From Acidimicrobiaceae bacterium (GTDB lineage: Bacteria > Actinomycetota > Acidimicrobiia > Acidimicrobiales > RAAP-2), in assembly GCA_003142095.1 (NCBI GenBank), contig PLON01000041.1, forward strand, positions 73,228 to 137,227: a DNA stretch of 64,000 nt, read 5' to 3'. This document shows, piece by piece, positions 47,939 through 58,781 of this stretch. Within the stretch, counting starts at the first letter, position 1. Every line of letters begins with the position of its first letter. Below the pieces are notes generated by a model. That model ran no database searches, was not told the origin of the DNA, and saw only the letters and a list, made by a program, of their open reading frames with translations. A program made the translations under genes and the position numbers.

Positions 47939-49975
47939 GTGGCTGACGCACCAAACGATCAAAACGGATACAAAAAGTTTCTCCCGGGTGGTGAGAAGCC
48001 GATGGCGCCTCAGATGAGACGTCGAATTATCGTCATTGGCCTGATCGCGTTCCTGCTCGGTCTTTTGATCATTAATTCGACTTTCTCACACCAAAACGTC
48101 AAGTCTCTCTCGTATTCGCAGCTGCTGCGCGACGCAAAAACGAAAGACGGAGTTATTTCGGCGGGGATCAACAACTCCAGTGGCGTGATCACCGGTCAGC
48201 TCAATAACGGCACCAACTACAGCGCGAACGGTCCCGTACCCGCACTATCGCAGGAAGTCAACACTCTCCGCACCGACAACGTCACGGTCACCTTCGTGAA
48301 TCCCTCCAGTCTCGCCGGGGAACTGCTGCCGTACCTCATCTGGATCTTGATCTTTGGTGGCTTCATCTACTACGCGAGCCGCCAAGCTCGCGGTCAGATG
48401 AACGGCATGATGTCGGTTGGTCGCTCTCGCGCCAAACAGTTCAACGAAGACCATCCGAAGACCACGTTCGCCGACGTCGCGGGATACCTCGGAGTCAAAC
48501 AAGAGATCAGCGAAGTCGTTGAGTTTCTGAAGAACCCTCTTCGCTACAAGACCATTGGCGCGACCATTCCGAAGGGAATCTTGCTCGTCGGACCTCCGGG
48601 CACCGGTAAGACGATGCTCGCGCGCGCCGTCGCCGGTGAAGCGGGCGTTCCCTTCTTCTCAGTCTCAGGCTCTGACTTCATGGAAATGTTCGTCGGCGTG
48701 GGCGCGAGTCGCGTGCGCGACCTTTTCGCCACCGCGCGTAAGCAGGCCCCGGCCATCGTCTTCGTTGACGAGATCGACTCCATTGGTCGCAAACGCGGCG
48801 CGGGCTTGGGTGGCGGCCACGACGAACGTGAACAGACGCTCAACCAGATGCTGAGTGAGATGGACGGTTTCGAGCCCACCGAGGGAGTCGTCGTCATCGC
48901 CGCGACCAACCGACCCGACGTGTTGGATCCGGCGCTGCTTCGTCCGGGTCGCTTCGACCGCCAGATTGTCGTCCCCCTCCCCGACCTCGAAGAGCGCCTA
49001 CCGATCCTCGAAGTGCACTCCAAGGGTAAACCGCTCGATCCCTCGGTCGACCTCACCATGGTCGCGCGCGGAACTCCCGGCATGAGCGGCGCCGACTTGG
49101 CGAACCTCGTCAACGAGGCCGCCCTGCACGCCGTGCGCCGTAACTCCTCCGTGATCTCCATGGAGGACTTCGAGTCCTCACGCGACCGAGTTCTCATGGG
49201 TCAAGAGCGCGACACCATGGTTCTCCAAGACGACGAGCGTGAGCGCATTGCCTTTCACGAAAGCGGCCACGCGCTACTCGCCTACGTCCTCGATAAGACC
49301 GATCCTCTGCACAAGATCTCGATCATCCCGCGCGGCATGGCGCTCGGTGTGACAATGACGTTGCCCGAAGAGGACCGCCACATCATGGCGCGCCAGCACC
49401 TTGAAGACTCACTGTGCATGCGCATGGGTGGGCGCGTCGCCGAGCTCCTTGTCTACGGCGACCTCTCAACGGGTGCCGCCGACGACTTACAGCGCAACAC
49501 CGAGCTGGCGCGTCGCATGGTGCGCGAGTGGGGCATGTCCAAGGAGATCGGGCCCATGGCCTGGAGTTCGAACAACCAGGTTTTCCTCGGTGAAGACCTC
49601 ATGCACACGCGCGACTACTCCGACCACACGTCCAAAGTGATCGACGACGAAGTCGAGCGGATCTTGCGAGAACAGGAGTCGCGCGCGATTGAAGTACTCA
49701 CCCTGCACCGTCGCGGTCTCGAGGCGCTGACGCGCGCGCTCCTCGAACACGAGACGATTGATGGCGCCGAGGCGGCGCGACTGATCGACGAAGCGAACGG
49801 CGAGCCGGTGCACCCGGTCGGCACGAAGACCGTAAGCGCCCTATCGGCCGCGAGCCGCGCCGCAGCAAAAGAGGCAGCCAAGGCTCAAGCCGCGAGCGTG
49901 CCCGTACCGCCCACGCCCACGCCCACACCCGCACCCGCGCCCAACTGGCAGCCGCCGACGCTACCTGCCGTCTAG
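47939..49975 (+). CDS. ftsH: ATP-dependent zinc metalloprotease FtsH
   Basis: Two TM helices, TFADVAG, Walker [55 protein letters not shown]. Confidence 0.97.
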   Translation: MADAPNDQNGYKKFLPGGEKPMAPQMRRRIIVIGLIAFLLGLLIINSTFSHQNVKSLSYSQLLRDAKTKDGVISAGINNSSGVITGQLNNGTNYSANGPVPALSQEVNTLRTDNVTVTFVNPSSLAGELLPYLIWILIFGGFIYYASRQARGQMNGMMSVGRSRAKQFNEDHPKTTFADVAGYLGVKQEISEVVEFLKNPLRYKTIGATIPKGILLVGPPGTGKTMLARAVAGEAGVPFFSVSGSDFMEMFVGVGASRVRDLFATARKQAPAIVFVDEIDSIGRKRGAGLGGGHDEREQTLNQMLSEMDGFEPTEGVVVIAATNRPDVLDPALLRPGRFDRQIVVPLPDLEERLPILEVHSKGKPLDPSVDLTMVARGTPGMSGADLANLVNEAALHAVRRNSSVISMEDFESSRDRVLMGQERDTMVLQDDERERIAFHESGHALLAYVLDKTDPLHKISIIPRGMALGVTMTLPEEDRHIMARQHLEDSLCMRMGGRVAELLVYGDLSTGAADDLQRNTELARRMVREWGMSKEIGPMAWSSNNQVFLGEDLMHTRDYSDHTSKVIDDEVERILREQESRAIEVLTLHRRGLEALTRALLEHETIDGAEAARLIDEANGEPVHPVGTKTVSALSAASRAAAKEAAKAQAASVPVPPTPTPTPAPAPNWQPPTLPAV

Positions 49976-51352
49976 CGGCGCTATCACGTACAGTCCGCGA
50001 GGACGACTGGGAAGAGTCAACGTCACGATCGCGCTCGGTCGCGACGACGTTACGAGGTAGGTCTCAGCGGGACGCGTGAGTGGGGTAGAAATCAGCGTTG
50101 CGAGTGACGTTGTGGTGCCGCCCGCCAGGGTGATCCCGTGGGTCGTGACGTCCTTACTTTGCGACGTGGCGCCGAAGGTCGTGACGTGCAGCGTCACCGA
50201 GCGCGACGAGGTGTTGGTCACGCTCGCCCTATCGAACCCGAGTCCCGTAAAGTCGCGCACGACGTAGGCCTGCGACGGCGCCTGGGGTGACGAGAGCGCA
50301 ATCCAGTTATCCTCACCCGTCGCGAGTCCCGCCACAACCGGGACGTTCGAGTGCAGACTCAAACTCGCGTAACCGGCAACGGGAATGGCCGGATTGGGTG
50401 TGATCGTGACGAGGCCGGTCGTGAACGGTGCGAGAGTCACCGTCTGCGGGACAATCTTGAAGTTCCCGAGCGACACGTCGACACTCACGTTGGCAATGTG
50501 ATTGTTGGGGTTGGCGAGGCGAATCTCGGCCGTCGCGTCGTTCGCCGTCGTCACGGCCGGGAACCAGGACTGCACTTCGGGCACGTTGACCCCTTCGTCA
50601 AAGGAGGTTGTACCGAGCGAATCTTGCACGCCGACGATCGCGAGTGAACCGCGCACCACCTTCACGCCAACTCCCACGTTGGCCGTATTCACGACGTCGT
50701 GTCCGAGGTCGATCTCTTCTTGAGCGTGCGCGGGTACCGATATGCCCTGAAGATCTTCGGGGGCGGAGAAACCATTCGCACCAAAGATCGATACATTCAA
50801 TACCGCTTCTGTACCGGTCGGGTTATAGAGACTTAGGGACGTATCCGAACCGACCAGCGTGTTAAATCCTGTGGCATACCAACGCGTGACCCCTTGTGAG
50901 CTGCACGGTACCGACGCATTGCCCTGGATCTCATCGCCCACGACTCCCCCGCCGCTGATCTGTACCGCCACGCCGTAACTCGTCGTCACGGTACTCACGT
51001 GACCCGACTTCGTGCGATGGGTGGCGGGAGCGTCGACGAGCCTCGGCTGCACGATCTGACCGGCGTGAGCCGCGAGTTCCACCGTCCCGCTCCACGTGGT
51101 GCCGAGGTTCGACACGACTGAGACGCTGAGGGTGCGTGAGGCGCTCGCGGTGTTGAAGAAGGAGATCCGCCCGGGCAACGCACTCGAGAGCCCCGTGCAG
51201 TAGAGCGCCGTGGATTCCGCGTTGATCGAGATCGACAACCCGTTCGGTAACTCGGACGGATTCGTTGGGTGGCGGAGCGTCGTCGCGAATCCCGTCGCGG
51301 CGAGAAGTATCGCCAACACGACGAGCAGGGGAACGCGGCGCAGGTTACTCAT
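49961..51352 (-). CDS. DUF5719-like secreted/membrane-anchored protein
   Basis: N-terminal TM, LYC..., PC....TRWY..G..T......L.LYNP....AV..V, W.FP....; sits downstream of the large GT2, the usual DUF5719 position. ATG at 51352. Confidence 0.72.
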   Translation of the reverse strand: MSNLRRVPLLVVLAILLAATGFATTLRHPTNPSELPNGLSISINAESTALYCTGLSSALPGRISFFNTASASRTLSVSVVSNLGTTWSGTVELAAHAGQIVQPRLVDAPATHRTKSGHVSTVTTSYGVAVQISGGGVVGDEIQGNASVPCSSQGVTRWYATGFNTLVGSDTSLSLYNPTGTEAVLNVSIFGANGFSAPEDLQGISVPAHAQEEIDLGHDVVNTANVGVGVKVVRGSLAIVGVQDSLGTTSFDEGVNVPEVQSWFPAVTTANDATAEIRLANPNNHIANVSVDVSLGNFKIVPQTVTLAPFTTGLVTITPNPAIPVAGYASLSLHSNVPVVAGLATGEDNWIALSSPQAPSQAYVVRDFTGLGFDRASVTNTSSRSVTLHVTTFGATSQSKDVTTHGITLAGGTTTSLATLISTPLTRPAETYLVTSSRPSAIVTLTLPSRPRGLYVIAPLDGR

Positions 51353-54300
51353 CGTGACCCGGTTCTTCCCGTGGCGTGACCCGACGTCGCCGTCCGGTGA
51401 AGAGCCACCCGCGGCGATGGATCCAACCAAAGCCCAGCCAGACAATTGCCCACATGCCGAGCGTGAAGAGCGCGATCAGACCGTTCAGCGGGAATTGGTG
51501 CAAGGTCAACGCACCCTCGAGTTTCGCCGGGGCCGTCGCGACTGAGTAGTACGGGGTCCAGGTGTCGTAGGTCGAGCGCGGCGCGGGTTGTCCGTTGACA
51601 TTGAGCGCAAAGGCCCCTGCCGGGGCGAGTCCCGCCACCACGGTCGAACCGGGGGTCAACGGTCCTGAGTTCGACGTCGTCGAAAAGATGGGCGCCAGCG
51701 TTGTCGAGCCGGGCTTCGAGGCGGCGACAATGCCGTGGAATAGTGAATTGGAAAAGACTTCGACGGACGGCGTCTTCAGCACGAGTGACAGGTCACTTTG
51801 ATCGTTCAACGCTGTCGAGAGGACTCCCGGAGCACTACGCAGTGGCACGCTCTGCACTCCGGGAAGATCGGGAGCACCGGAGTTCATGAGGACAATGGTG
51901 GAGATACCGGCCGGCGCCAACATCGCACCGAGTCGAACCGTGTGCCCGTCCATCGCGCTCGAGACGCCTTGCATGATGACGTCACTCGCGCCCGAATCGG
52001 GAGGGCTAAAGAGCGAGGATCCTCCGGGCAGTCCGTCCATGGACGTGGCCGCTTCAAGACCGGGCGCCACCGTCCATCCCGCGAGGGGCATCACCGAGGG
52101 ATCGCCGAGCCAGAGCACCCGGTACCCGCCGGCGTTACTCGGCGCCAAGGTGCTGAGGGACTGGGCCACGCTCGTCGTCGGCAGATCGAAGCGACCGCTG
52201 CCGAGACTCTGGAGGAACGGAAGACTTGCCACGACGAGAGTAACGAGCGAGAGTACGGCGGCGATTTGACGCCACCCGAATCCCGCGTCGCGCAGGTCGT
52301 GTTCGAGTGCGCCAATCCCGAGACCGATTAATGAGGCGAGCGTCACCGCATAGAGCGCAAGCAGGACGTCGAGGTCCGGCGAGAACGAACCGAGCCAATG
52401 GCGCGAGACGAGCGTCGCGAGAATCAAGGTCAGTGCGGCAATGGTCGCGAGCTTCGTCGCCACGCGACGACGGTCGCCGCGACAGAGCACGAGTGCGAGC
52501 AGGGCCGCCGCCGGCAACAGCCAGCCCCACCACGTTGCGCCAAAGGCGCCATCAACGTCGCGCAGCAACAGTGAGAAGGACGGCACCGACCACGGTCCGC
52601 GCGGCAGTCCGAAGATCTCGGCCGAACGACGCCCGGCGAAGAAGACGTCGATCGTCATGGGCAGAAGAAATATGGCGACGTTAAAGACGAGCGAACCGAG
52701 AAAGCGCGTCGACCCACGAAAGACACTCGCGGGGTCGGGCTCGAAGAGCCGCGAGAGCGCGACGCCCACGACGACTAGTCCCGTGGCCACGAGCGTCGCG
52801 GGCGCCATCGCCGTTGCGAGAGCGACGATCATGATGAGCGTCATGCGCTGGCCGGCTTCGGTCGTGCGCCATCCGCGGTACCCGAAGGGTACGGGTTCGT
52901 CGTAGGGTTGGCGGCGAAAGCCCGGCACGTCCATCAACTCGAACACTCGTCGCACGATGTAGGGCAGACTCGCGACAGCCATCAACACGTCCACGCGTCC
53001 CTGACCGATCGAATTCAGGCCAAGTGGCATCGCCGCGTACGCGAGCGCCCCAACAAGCCGCGCACGATTCGACGCACGATCCTTCAGCAGGCGCCCGACC
53101 CCGACCGCACCGACCGGAACGGTGAAGATCAACGCAAGACGTGGTAGCGCCCCCATCCGCCCGAGCACGAACGTGCCCGCGAAGGCCAGAACGCCGTAAC
53201 CGGGCATTCCTGGCGTACCCGTGCCAACACCGTTCGACGACCACGACGCAAAGAAGTGTCGCCACGTTGACCACCACGAATCGAGCGGTGCGAGCCGTCC
53301 GATGAGCGGTAGGTGCATCGCCACGAGGTTGCGCGAGCCGATAAACCACAACAGAGCCGCGATAACGACGAGTGTCGCCTGCGCGCGAAACGACGTCATG
53401 ATGCGCGAGGGACGTGTACGAATCTCGAACTGCTCGCTCTGGGCGATCTCGTCGAACTCCTCGTCCTCGGAGAAGGCGGCGGCGAAACCGACACCCGCCT
53501 CTTCGCTCTCCATGATCTGTTCGTGCTCACGCGTTACTTCGGCCGGCAGAATACCTCTCGCCTTGTCGTAGCCCTCGCGCGCGAGCGTCACTACGAACTG
53601 GCGAAGGCGCACGGCTCCGCCAATCTGAAGACGGTGCAACTCGCTGTCCGAGAGAACCCGCAATGCGTTCAACTGACGGCGACGTTGACGCACTCGTCGG
53701 CGATGCTTAAAGAGCCAGCGCCACGATCCGGCGATGGCGCCCGCGCGATCGGTGTCGCCGCCCACGAGAGCCAGCGTCACTTCGAAGACGTCGAGCACCA
53801 TCAGCATCGCCAACGTCCACCAGGCCGTGCGGCGATGCCAACCCGACGCCACCACCAAGAGTTGGTGTCGGCGCTGCAAGTCGCGGCGACTCGCGCGCCG
53901 CGCGCCCAGTGCACTCGTGGCGCGTTCACCGGTCGCGATGGTTTCGCGGTGGGCCACTTTGGCGAGAGGAGCTACGACAATGCGCGCACCCGCCACTTGC
54001 GCGCGCCAGCACAGATCGAGGTCTTCACCGAGCAGAGTAATCAGCGGGTCGAATCCTCGCAACGTCGAAAAGAGGTCGGCGCGAACCAAGGTGACCCCGC
54101 CGGGCGCGACGAAGACGTCTCGCTCGAGGTCCTGTTGACCGTGATCAATTTCACCCAGTACGACCCGTTCACGTACGACGCCGAAGCGGTCACTGGCTTG
54201 ACCCACGTGCAGCAGGACGAGCGGATCCTCATAGGCCACGAACTTTGGCGTGACGATGCCTGCGTTCGTGCGAAACGCCGCCTCCACCATCAGCTGCACC

Positions 54301-54602
54301 GCGTCGGGCTCGAGACGCACGTCATCGTGACAGAAGAGGAAGAACGCTGAACCCTCGACCATGAGGGCCGCCTCATTGCAGGCTGGTCCGAAGCCTCGGT
54401 TCTCCTCCAGCACCCTCACGAACGCGTGCGGCGCCACGGACGCCACACGTTCGGCCACGTGAGCGGCGTCGCCGTTCGCGACGACAAGCAGACTCAACTC
54501 TTCGTAGTTCTGACCCGCCAGCGAAGCCGCGGCGGCTTCGAGACCCGGTCCGGAGCCGGTGGTGACGATGACGGCAACAACGGCCGGAGCACGGGAGTCC
54601 AT
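51345..54602 (-). CDS. GT2 glycosyltransferase fused to a large multi-TM C-terminal region
   Basis: N-terminal GT-A domain (NRGFG.A.N, FCHDDV, GEDLDLCWRA) followed by about 700 aa with numerous TM helices and an extracellular domain. Confidence 0.85.
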   Translation of the reverse strand: MDSRAPAVVAVIVTTGSGPGLEAAAASLAGQNYEELSLLVVANGDAAHVAERVASVAPHAFVRVLEENRGFGPACNEAALMVEGSAFFLFCHDDVRLEPDAVQLMVEAAFRTNAGIVTPKFVAYEDPLVLLHVGQASDRFGVVRERVVLGEIDHGQQDLERDVFVAPGGVTLVRADLFSTLRGFDPLITLLGEDLDLCWRAQVAGARIVVAPLAKVAHRETIATGERATSALGARRASRRDLQRRHQLLVVASGWHRRTAWWTLAMLMVLDVFEVTLALVGGDTDRAGAIAGSWRWLFKHRRRVRQRRRQLNALRVLSDSELHRLQIGGAVRLRQFVVTLAREGYDKARGILPAEVTREHEQIMESEEAGVGFAAAFSEDEEFDEIAQSEQFEIRTRPSRIMTSFRAQATLVVIAALLWFIGSRNLVAMHLPLIGRLAPLDSWWSTWRHFFASWSSNGVGTGTPGMPGYGVLAFAGTFVLGRMGALPRLALIFTVPVGAVGVGRLLKDRASNRARLVGALAYAAMPLGLNSIGQGRVDVLMAVASLPYIVRRVFELMDVPGFRRQPYDEPVPFGYRGWRTTEAGQRMTLIMIVALATAMAPATLVATGLVVVGVALSRLFEPDPASVFRGSTRFLGSLVFNVAIFLLPMTIDVFFAGRRSAEIFGLPRGPWSVPSFSLLLRDVDGAFGATWWGWLLPAAALLALVLCRGDRRRVATKLATIAALTLILATLVSRHWLGSFSPDLDVLLALYAVTLASLIGLGIGALEHDLRDAGFGWRQIAAVLSLVTLVVASLPFLQSLGSGRFDLPTTSVAQSLSTLAPSNAGGYRVLWLGDPSVMPLAGWTVAPGLEAATSMDGLPGGSSLFSPPDSGASDVIMQGVSSAMDGHTVRLGAMLAPAGISTIVLMNSGAPDLPGVQSVPLRSAPGVLSTALNDQSDLSLVLKTPSVEVFSNSLFHGIVAASKPGSTTLAPIFSTTSNSGPLTPGSTVVAGLAPAGAFALNVNGQPAPRSTYDTWTPYYSVATAPAKLEGALTLHQFPLNGLIALFTLGMWAIVWLGFGWIHRRGWLFTGRRRRVTPREEPGHDE

Positions 54603-54680
54603 CAGTCCCAAAGGCTAGTAGTCCTCGAGGAACATGTTGGGCGCCAACAACGAGCAAATCATTCGAGAAATAAAAACTCT

Positions 54681-55580
54681 CTACTTCTCGCGGCGAGTTA
54701 CGAGATCGCTCACGACGTCGTCGAGGGTTTGGCGTAGTGAGATCTCCGGTGACCAACCGGTTGCCTGATGCAACTTCTCGAAGCTGCCGCGAAACACCGG
54801 AATCTCTACCGGACGCAGTAGCGACGGATCGACCACAAGCGCGACGTGTGGCGCCAGTCGCTCAACGAGCTGCGCGGCGATATCGGTCAACGCCACATCG
54901 TGGCCCGACGCGACGTTGTAGGCCTCACCCGAAACTCCGAGAGTCGCGAGTAGTCGATACGCGCGCACGACGTCGCGCACGTCACTGAAGTCGCGACTTG
55001 TCGAGAGGTCACCCACGAAAATCTCACTGTCTCCGTGCTCGACCGCGTCCAGCAGTCGAGTGACGAGCGCCGGCACGACGAACGTGGGCGACTGGCCCGG
55101 CCCAAGGTGGTTGAAGGGCCGCGCGATCACCACACGCTGGCCGCGCAGGCGCACTACGTCGCGCGCGACGTGTTCGGCTTCGACCTTGCTTGCCGAGTAA
55201 GGGTTCGCCGGAGCGACACGAAACGTCTCACGCAAGGGCTGGTCCTCGGCGCGCACGATCCCGTAGACCTCGGAGGTCGACACCACGACTGTCGTCGACG
55301 TGGGGACCGCCTCGAACGCGGCGTCGAGGACTCGTTGCGTGCCCACGACGTTGACCCGCGTGAACTCGTCAGCGTGATCCCACGACTCGCCGACGTGCGT
55401 GAGCGCGGCAAGGTGATAGGTCACGTCAGGGTGAAACCACTCGAAGACCTGGCGCATGCTGACTTCGTCGGTTACGTCGCGTTCGCGGTCGATGCCGTAG
55501 ACTTCGTCACCGCTGTCACGAAGATGGCGAATGAGGTGATGCGCGACGAACCCATTCGATCCGGTAACGAGAGCGCGCAT
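54681..55580 (-). CDS. GDP-sugar extended SDR (GDP-4-keto-6-deoxy-D-mannose reductase Rmd-like / GDP-mannose dehydratase family)
   Basis: LVTGSNGFV, YHLAA.THVGESW, STSEVYG, NPYSASK, RPFNH.GPGQ...FVVP, RDFSDVRDVVRAY, YNVASG. ATG at 55580. Confidence 0.8.
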   Translation of the reverse strand: MRALVTGSNGFVAHHLIRHLRDSGDEVYGIDRERDVTDEVSMRQVFEWFHPDVTYHLAALTHVGESWDHADEFTRVNVVGTQRVLDAAFEAVPTSTTVVVSTSEVYGIVRAEDQPLRETFRVAPANPYSASKVEAEHVARDVVRLRGQRVVIARPFNHLGPGQSPTFVVPALVTRLLDAVEHGDSEIFVGDLSTSRDFSDVRDVVRAYRLLATLGVSGEAYNVASGHDVALTDIAAQLVERLAPHVALVVDPSLLRPVEIPVFRGSFEKLHQATGWSPEISLRQTLDDVVSDLVTRREK

Positions 55581-56695
55581 TAATTCACTGCCTGTTCGTA
55601 GGCCACGAGGTGCTGGTCGACGCAGGAGTCCCACGTGAAGTTCTCGGCTCGAGCGCGCGCGCGAGACGACCACGCGGAGCGATCGTCAACGGTTGCGGCC
55701 ATCACGGCACGAAGACAGTCCGCAAGACCCGTCGCGTCACCGACCGCTACCAATTGAGCACCGTCACCAGCAACTTCGGCCATGACGGTGTCGGCACTCG
55801 TAACGACAAGTGCTCCGCAGGCCATTGCTTCGAGCACGGGGAGACCGAACCCTTCTCCGCGTGATGGGTAGGCCACAACCCGGGCTTCGCGATAGAGCGC
55901 GGGAAGAAACTCATCGTCCACGAAACCGAGACGGCGGATGCGCGCTGAGTACGGGTGAGCGGCGATCTGCTCTTCAATCGGTCCGATCCCCCACCCGGTT
56001 TGGCCGGCGAGCCACAGCTCTACAGCATCGATCTCGCTCGCGAGCTCGGCGAAAGCTTCGAGGAGTACGTCAAGTCCCTTTCGGGGTTCCACGGTGCCCA
56101 CAAAGAAAATATAGGGAACATTTTGCGGTAGGCCGCGACTTTGAAAGAGCGCGGCGTCGCCGGACGGGTCAGGTTGAAACTTGTCGAGCTCCACTCCCAG
56201 GGGCGCCACGACGACGGGTGCATGTCCGGGAAGGATCTCGTCCAGAAGTCGAGCGGTGTAGGAACTTACGCTCACGAGAACCCGAGCGTGCTTGGCAGAG
56301 TACTGAATCGCGCGACGAAAGAACACAACCTTGGAGCGCTCGTGCCACTCGGGGTTCGTAAAAAATGTGAGGTCGTGGATCGTCACGACACACGGCGAGA
56401 CGCGCCGACGCGGCATCGTGTAGTGCGGCGCGTGCCAGAGATCACTCTCACGGGCCGGGCGACTCCGACCGAGCAGCCACGCTTCACTGATCAGACGCGC
56501 CACGCGCGTACTCGGTACGAGCCCCGCGCGCGCAGCGTTCGGCGAGAGAGTCGCCCAGCGATCAACGTCATCGCGTCGTGTCACCAGCGTCGTTGTGACG
56601 CCGCGTTCCGGTAGACGTCGGGAGAGTTCAACGACATAGCGGCCCGCACCCGCGACTTGGTGCGGTACCGCTGACACGTCCAGAGCGACTTTCAT
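55580..56695 (-). CDS. GT4 family glycosyltransferase
   Basis: VVTIHDL, VGTVEPRKG, YPSRGEGFGLPVLEAMACG (EX7E). ATG at 56695. Confidence 0.9.
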   Translation of the reverse strand: MKVALDVSAVPHQVAGAGRYVVELSRRLPERGVTTTLVTRRDDVDRWATLSPNAARAGLVPSTRVARLISEAWLLGRSRPARESDLWHAPHYTMPRRRVSPCVVTIHDLTFFTNPEWHERSKVVFFRRAIQYSAKHARVLVSVSSYTARLLDEILPGHAPVVVAPLGVELDKFQPDPSGDAALFQSRGLPQNVPYIFFVGTVEPRKGLDVLLEAFAELASEIDAVELWLAGQTGWGIGPIEEQIAAHPYSARIRRLGFVDDEFLPALYREARVVAYPSRGEGFGLPVLEAMACGALVVTSADTVMAEVAGDGAQLVAVGDATGLADCLRAVMAATVDDRSAWSSRARARAENFTWDSCVDQHLVAYEQAVN

Positions 56696-57774
56696 TGCCA
56701 GCTCGCCAGATGATCGAGAGCCACGTTTTTCCACGTCAGATCGGCAACGCTCTCACGTCGACGCGAACGAGCGATTTCGTCGTTCGAGAGAGACAGAGCT
56801 TTCACGAGACCCACTTCGATGGCGGTCACGTCGAGCGGATCCACGACGATGACTTCTTCGTTGTGCGCCACGCTCGGTGTGGTCACACTCGCGACCACTC
56901 TCGCTCCCTCGTGCAGCGCCTCGACCGGAGGCAGTCCCCACCCTTCCGCGCGCGGCACGTACGCAACGACACTCGCGTCACGATAAAGACCCTTCAGAAT
57001 CGATCTCTCAATAACGCCAAGGACGACGGCGTCGGCGCTATCGACGCTCCCCCAGCCGGGCGGCCCGACCAAAACCAATGTGCCAAGTTCATCGCAGTGA
57101 ACGGAGGCCGCCGCGTGCGCGGAGATGAGTCGTTCGAGATTCTTTCTCGGTTCCATCGTGCCCACGTAGAGGGTGAAGGGTCCCGTGACGCCGCGCTCGA
57201 GGAGGAACGCCCGTACGTACTCCTCACTCTCGGGGACTACGTTGTCGTCGTCGACTCCGAGGCGAACTTCGTGGAGTCGTTCGGGCGCGAAACCTTCCGC
57301 GACAAGGCGTCCAACGAGACCGGGAGCCGTAAGAATGACTCGCACGTCACCGTGTCGTCGCAGAAGTTGGAGGCGCTGCTCGTGAAAGCGAATACCTCTG
57401 GGAGTGCTCGCACTCGGCTCGTCACGCCACAGGAGATCGTGGAGCGCAAGTGAGTGCACTGCCCGCTTAGCGCCGCCGCGGTACGGGCCAGCCAAGGACG
57501 TAGCGTGAACGACGTCGCTGGTTCTCGGCACCCCGAGCGGCCAGCGGGACCAGAGTCTCGTCAGCAGTTCGACCGGAACCGGCACAGTTACCCGCTTCAG
57601 CTCGAGGTCGTCGATCGACTGGTGTGGCGATCCGGTCGGCGCGACGCCGGTAACCGCCAGCGACTCGTCGTGAAGTGATGCGAGACCGCGCACCAGCCCG
57701 CGCACGTACGTAGCGATGCCACCCGGCTGGGGCCGATAGAACTGGTCGAGAGTGATACTGACGGCGCGAGTCAC
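56692..57774 (-). CDS. GT4 family glycosyltransferase
   Basis: GGIATYV, LHDL, VGTMEPRKNL, EGWGLPPVEA (EX7E). Confidence 0.88.
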   Translation of the reverse strand: MTRAVSITLDQFYRPQPGGIATYVRGLVRGLASLHDESLAVTGVAPTGSPHQSIDDLELKRVTVPVPVELLTRLWSRWPLGVPRTSDVVHATSLAGPYRGGAKRAVHSLALHDLLWRDEPSASTPRGIRFHEQRLQLLRRHGDVRVILTAPGLVGRLVAEGFAPERLHEVRLGVDDDNVVPESEEYVRAFLLERGVTGPFTLYVGTMEPRKNLERLISAHAAASVHCDELGTLVLVGPPGWGSVDSADAVVLGVIERSILKGLYRDASVVAYVPRAEGWGLPPVEALHEGARVVASVTTPSVAHNEEVIVVDPLDVTAIEVGLVKALSLSNDEIARSRRRESVADLTWKNVALDHLASWQ

Positions 57775-57779
57775 GCCTC

Positions 57780-58781
57780 TTAGCCTCGCACGACTTCGCG
57801 ATAGAGCGCGACGTACGCGCGCGCCGCGGTCGCGGGAGCGAAGTCCTGCGCACGCGCGCGCCCCGCGGCGATGGTGATCGCGCGTCTCGCCGAGCTGTCC
57901 CAGAGGTCTCTTAGTAGCGGCAAAACATCGTCGTCGCTCTCGGTCAACGCGGCAGCACCACTGAGCAGTTCACGGTTGATGGCGGTCGCTCGGGCAATGG
58001 TCGGTACACCCGCCGCAAGGGCGGCGATCGCGAACGACGGGAACCGCGCGCCGTCGGAGATGTGTAAGACGACGCGGGCGTTGGCGAGTGCGCGACGCGC
58101 TTCGCTGCGTGGGAGCAGCTGTACGTCGATACCGCGTGCGCGGATGCGCTGGGCAACCGTCGCACTGGCAACCGCGTCGACGTGGGTACCGCGCTGCTCG
58201 GCAAAGGCGATGAGTTCCGGCGCCATCTTCAAAAATGGTTCGGCGACGCCCGTAAGATTGACGACCAGCGCGGACCCGTCGACGGTCGGCTCGACGAGGG
58301 GAACGGCCGGAGGCACGACGACCACGCGAGCGCGATCGACGCCGAGTACCCGCAGCACCTCGTGACTCGCACTGCGCGTTGAGGCGACGAGCAGAGCCCC
58401 GTGATCTACCGCTCGACGCAGTTGGGTGATCCTTTGGTGCTCGCGGGAATCACCGCGAAGCGGACGAAGGTCATCGACCGACACCACGAGAGGTGTCGCC
58501 CTGGTCGGTGGGGTTGCCCGACCGGCCACGTGTACGACGTCAACGGGCTCGAGAAGTCGGTCGACGGCGAGCCCGAGACCTCGACGCCAAAACGGTGACC
58601 AGAGAGCCCGTCCGCGAAGACGTGCCTCATTAGCCGAGTGCGGGGCGCTCAGAGAACGAAAACGCACGAGTTCACACTCGTGCGTTGCGTCGAGGGCGTC
58701 CGCAAGGTCCGTCATCGAGTTGCCGAGTGATTCGAGCGACCCGTCGAGGTCGAGTGCGACTCGAGGGACCTCGGCGCTCAC
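57780..58781 (-). CDS. GT4-like protein with degenerate catalytic motif
   Basis: N-terminal GT-B features (VVSVDDL) but C-terminal GARFPSFAIAALAAGVP replaces EGFGLPxLEAMA. GTG at 58781 overlaps the upstream stop. Confidence 0.65.
   Translation of the reverse strand: MSAEVPRVALDLDGSLESLGNSMTDLADALDATHECELVRFRSLSAPHSANEARLRGRALWSPFWRRGLGLAVDRLLEPVDVVHVAGRATPPTRATPLVVSVDDLRPLRGDSREHQRITQLRRAVDHGALLVASTRSASHEVLRVLGVDRARVVVVPPAVPLVEPTVDGSALVVNLTGVAEPFLKMAPELIAFAEQRGTHVDAVASATVAQRIRARGIDVQLLPRSEARRALANARVVLHISDGARFPSFAIAALAAGVPTIARATAINRELLSGAAALTESDDDVLPLLRDLWDSSARRAITIAAGRARAQDFAPATAARAYVALYREVVRG

Noticed and set aside
53313-54350. 345-aa plus-strand ORF
   Set aside because: Antisense to the GT2 fusion gene; Arg/His-rich composition typical of shadow frames.
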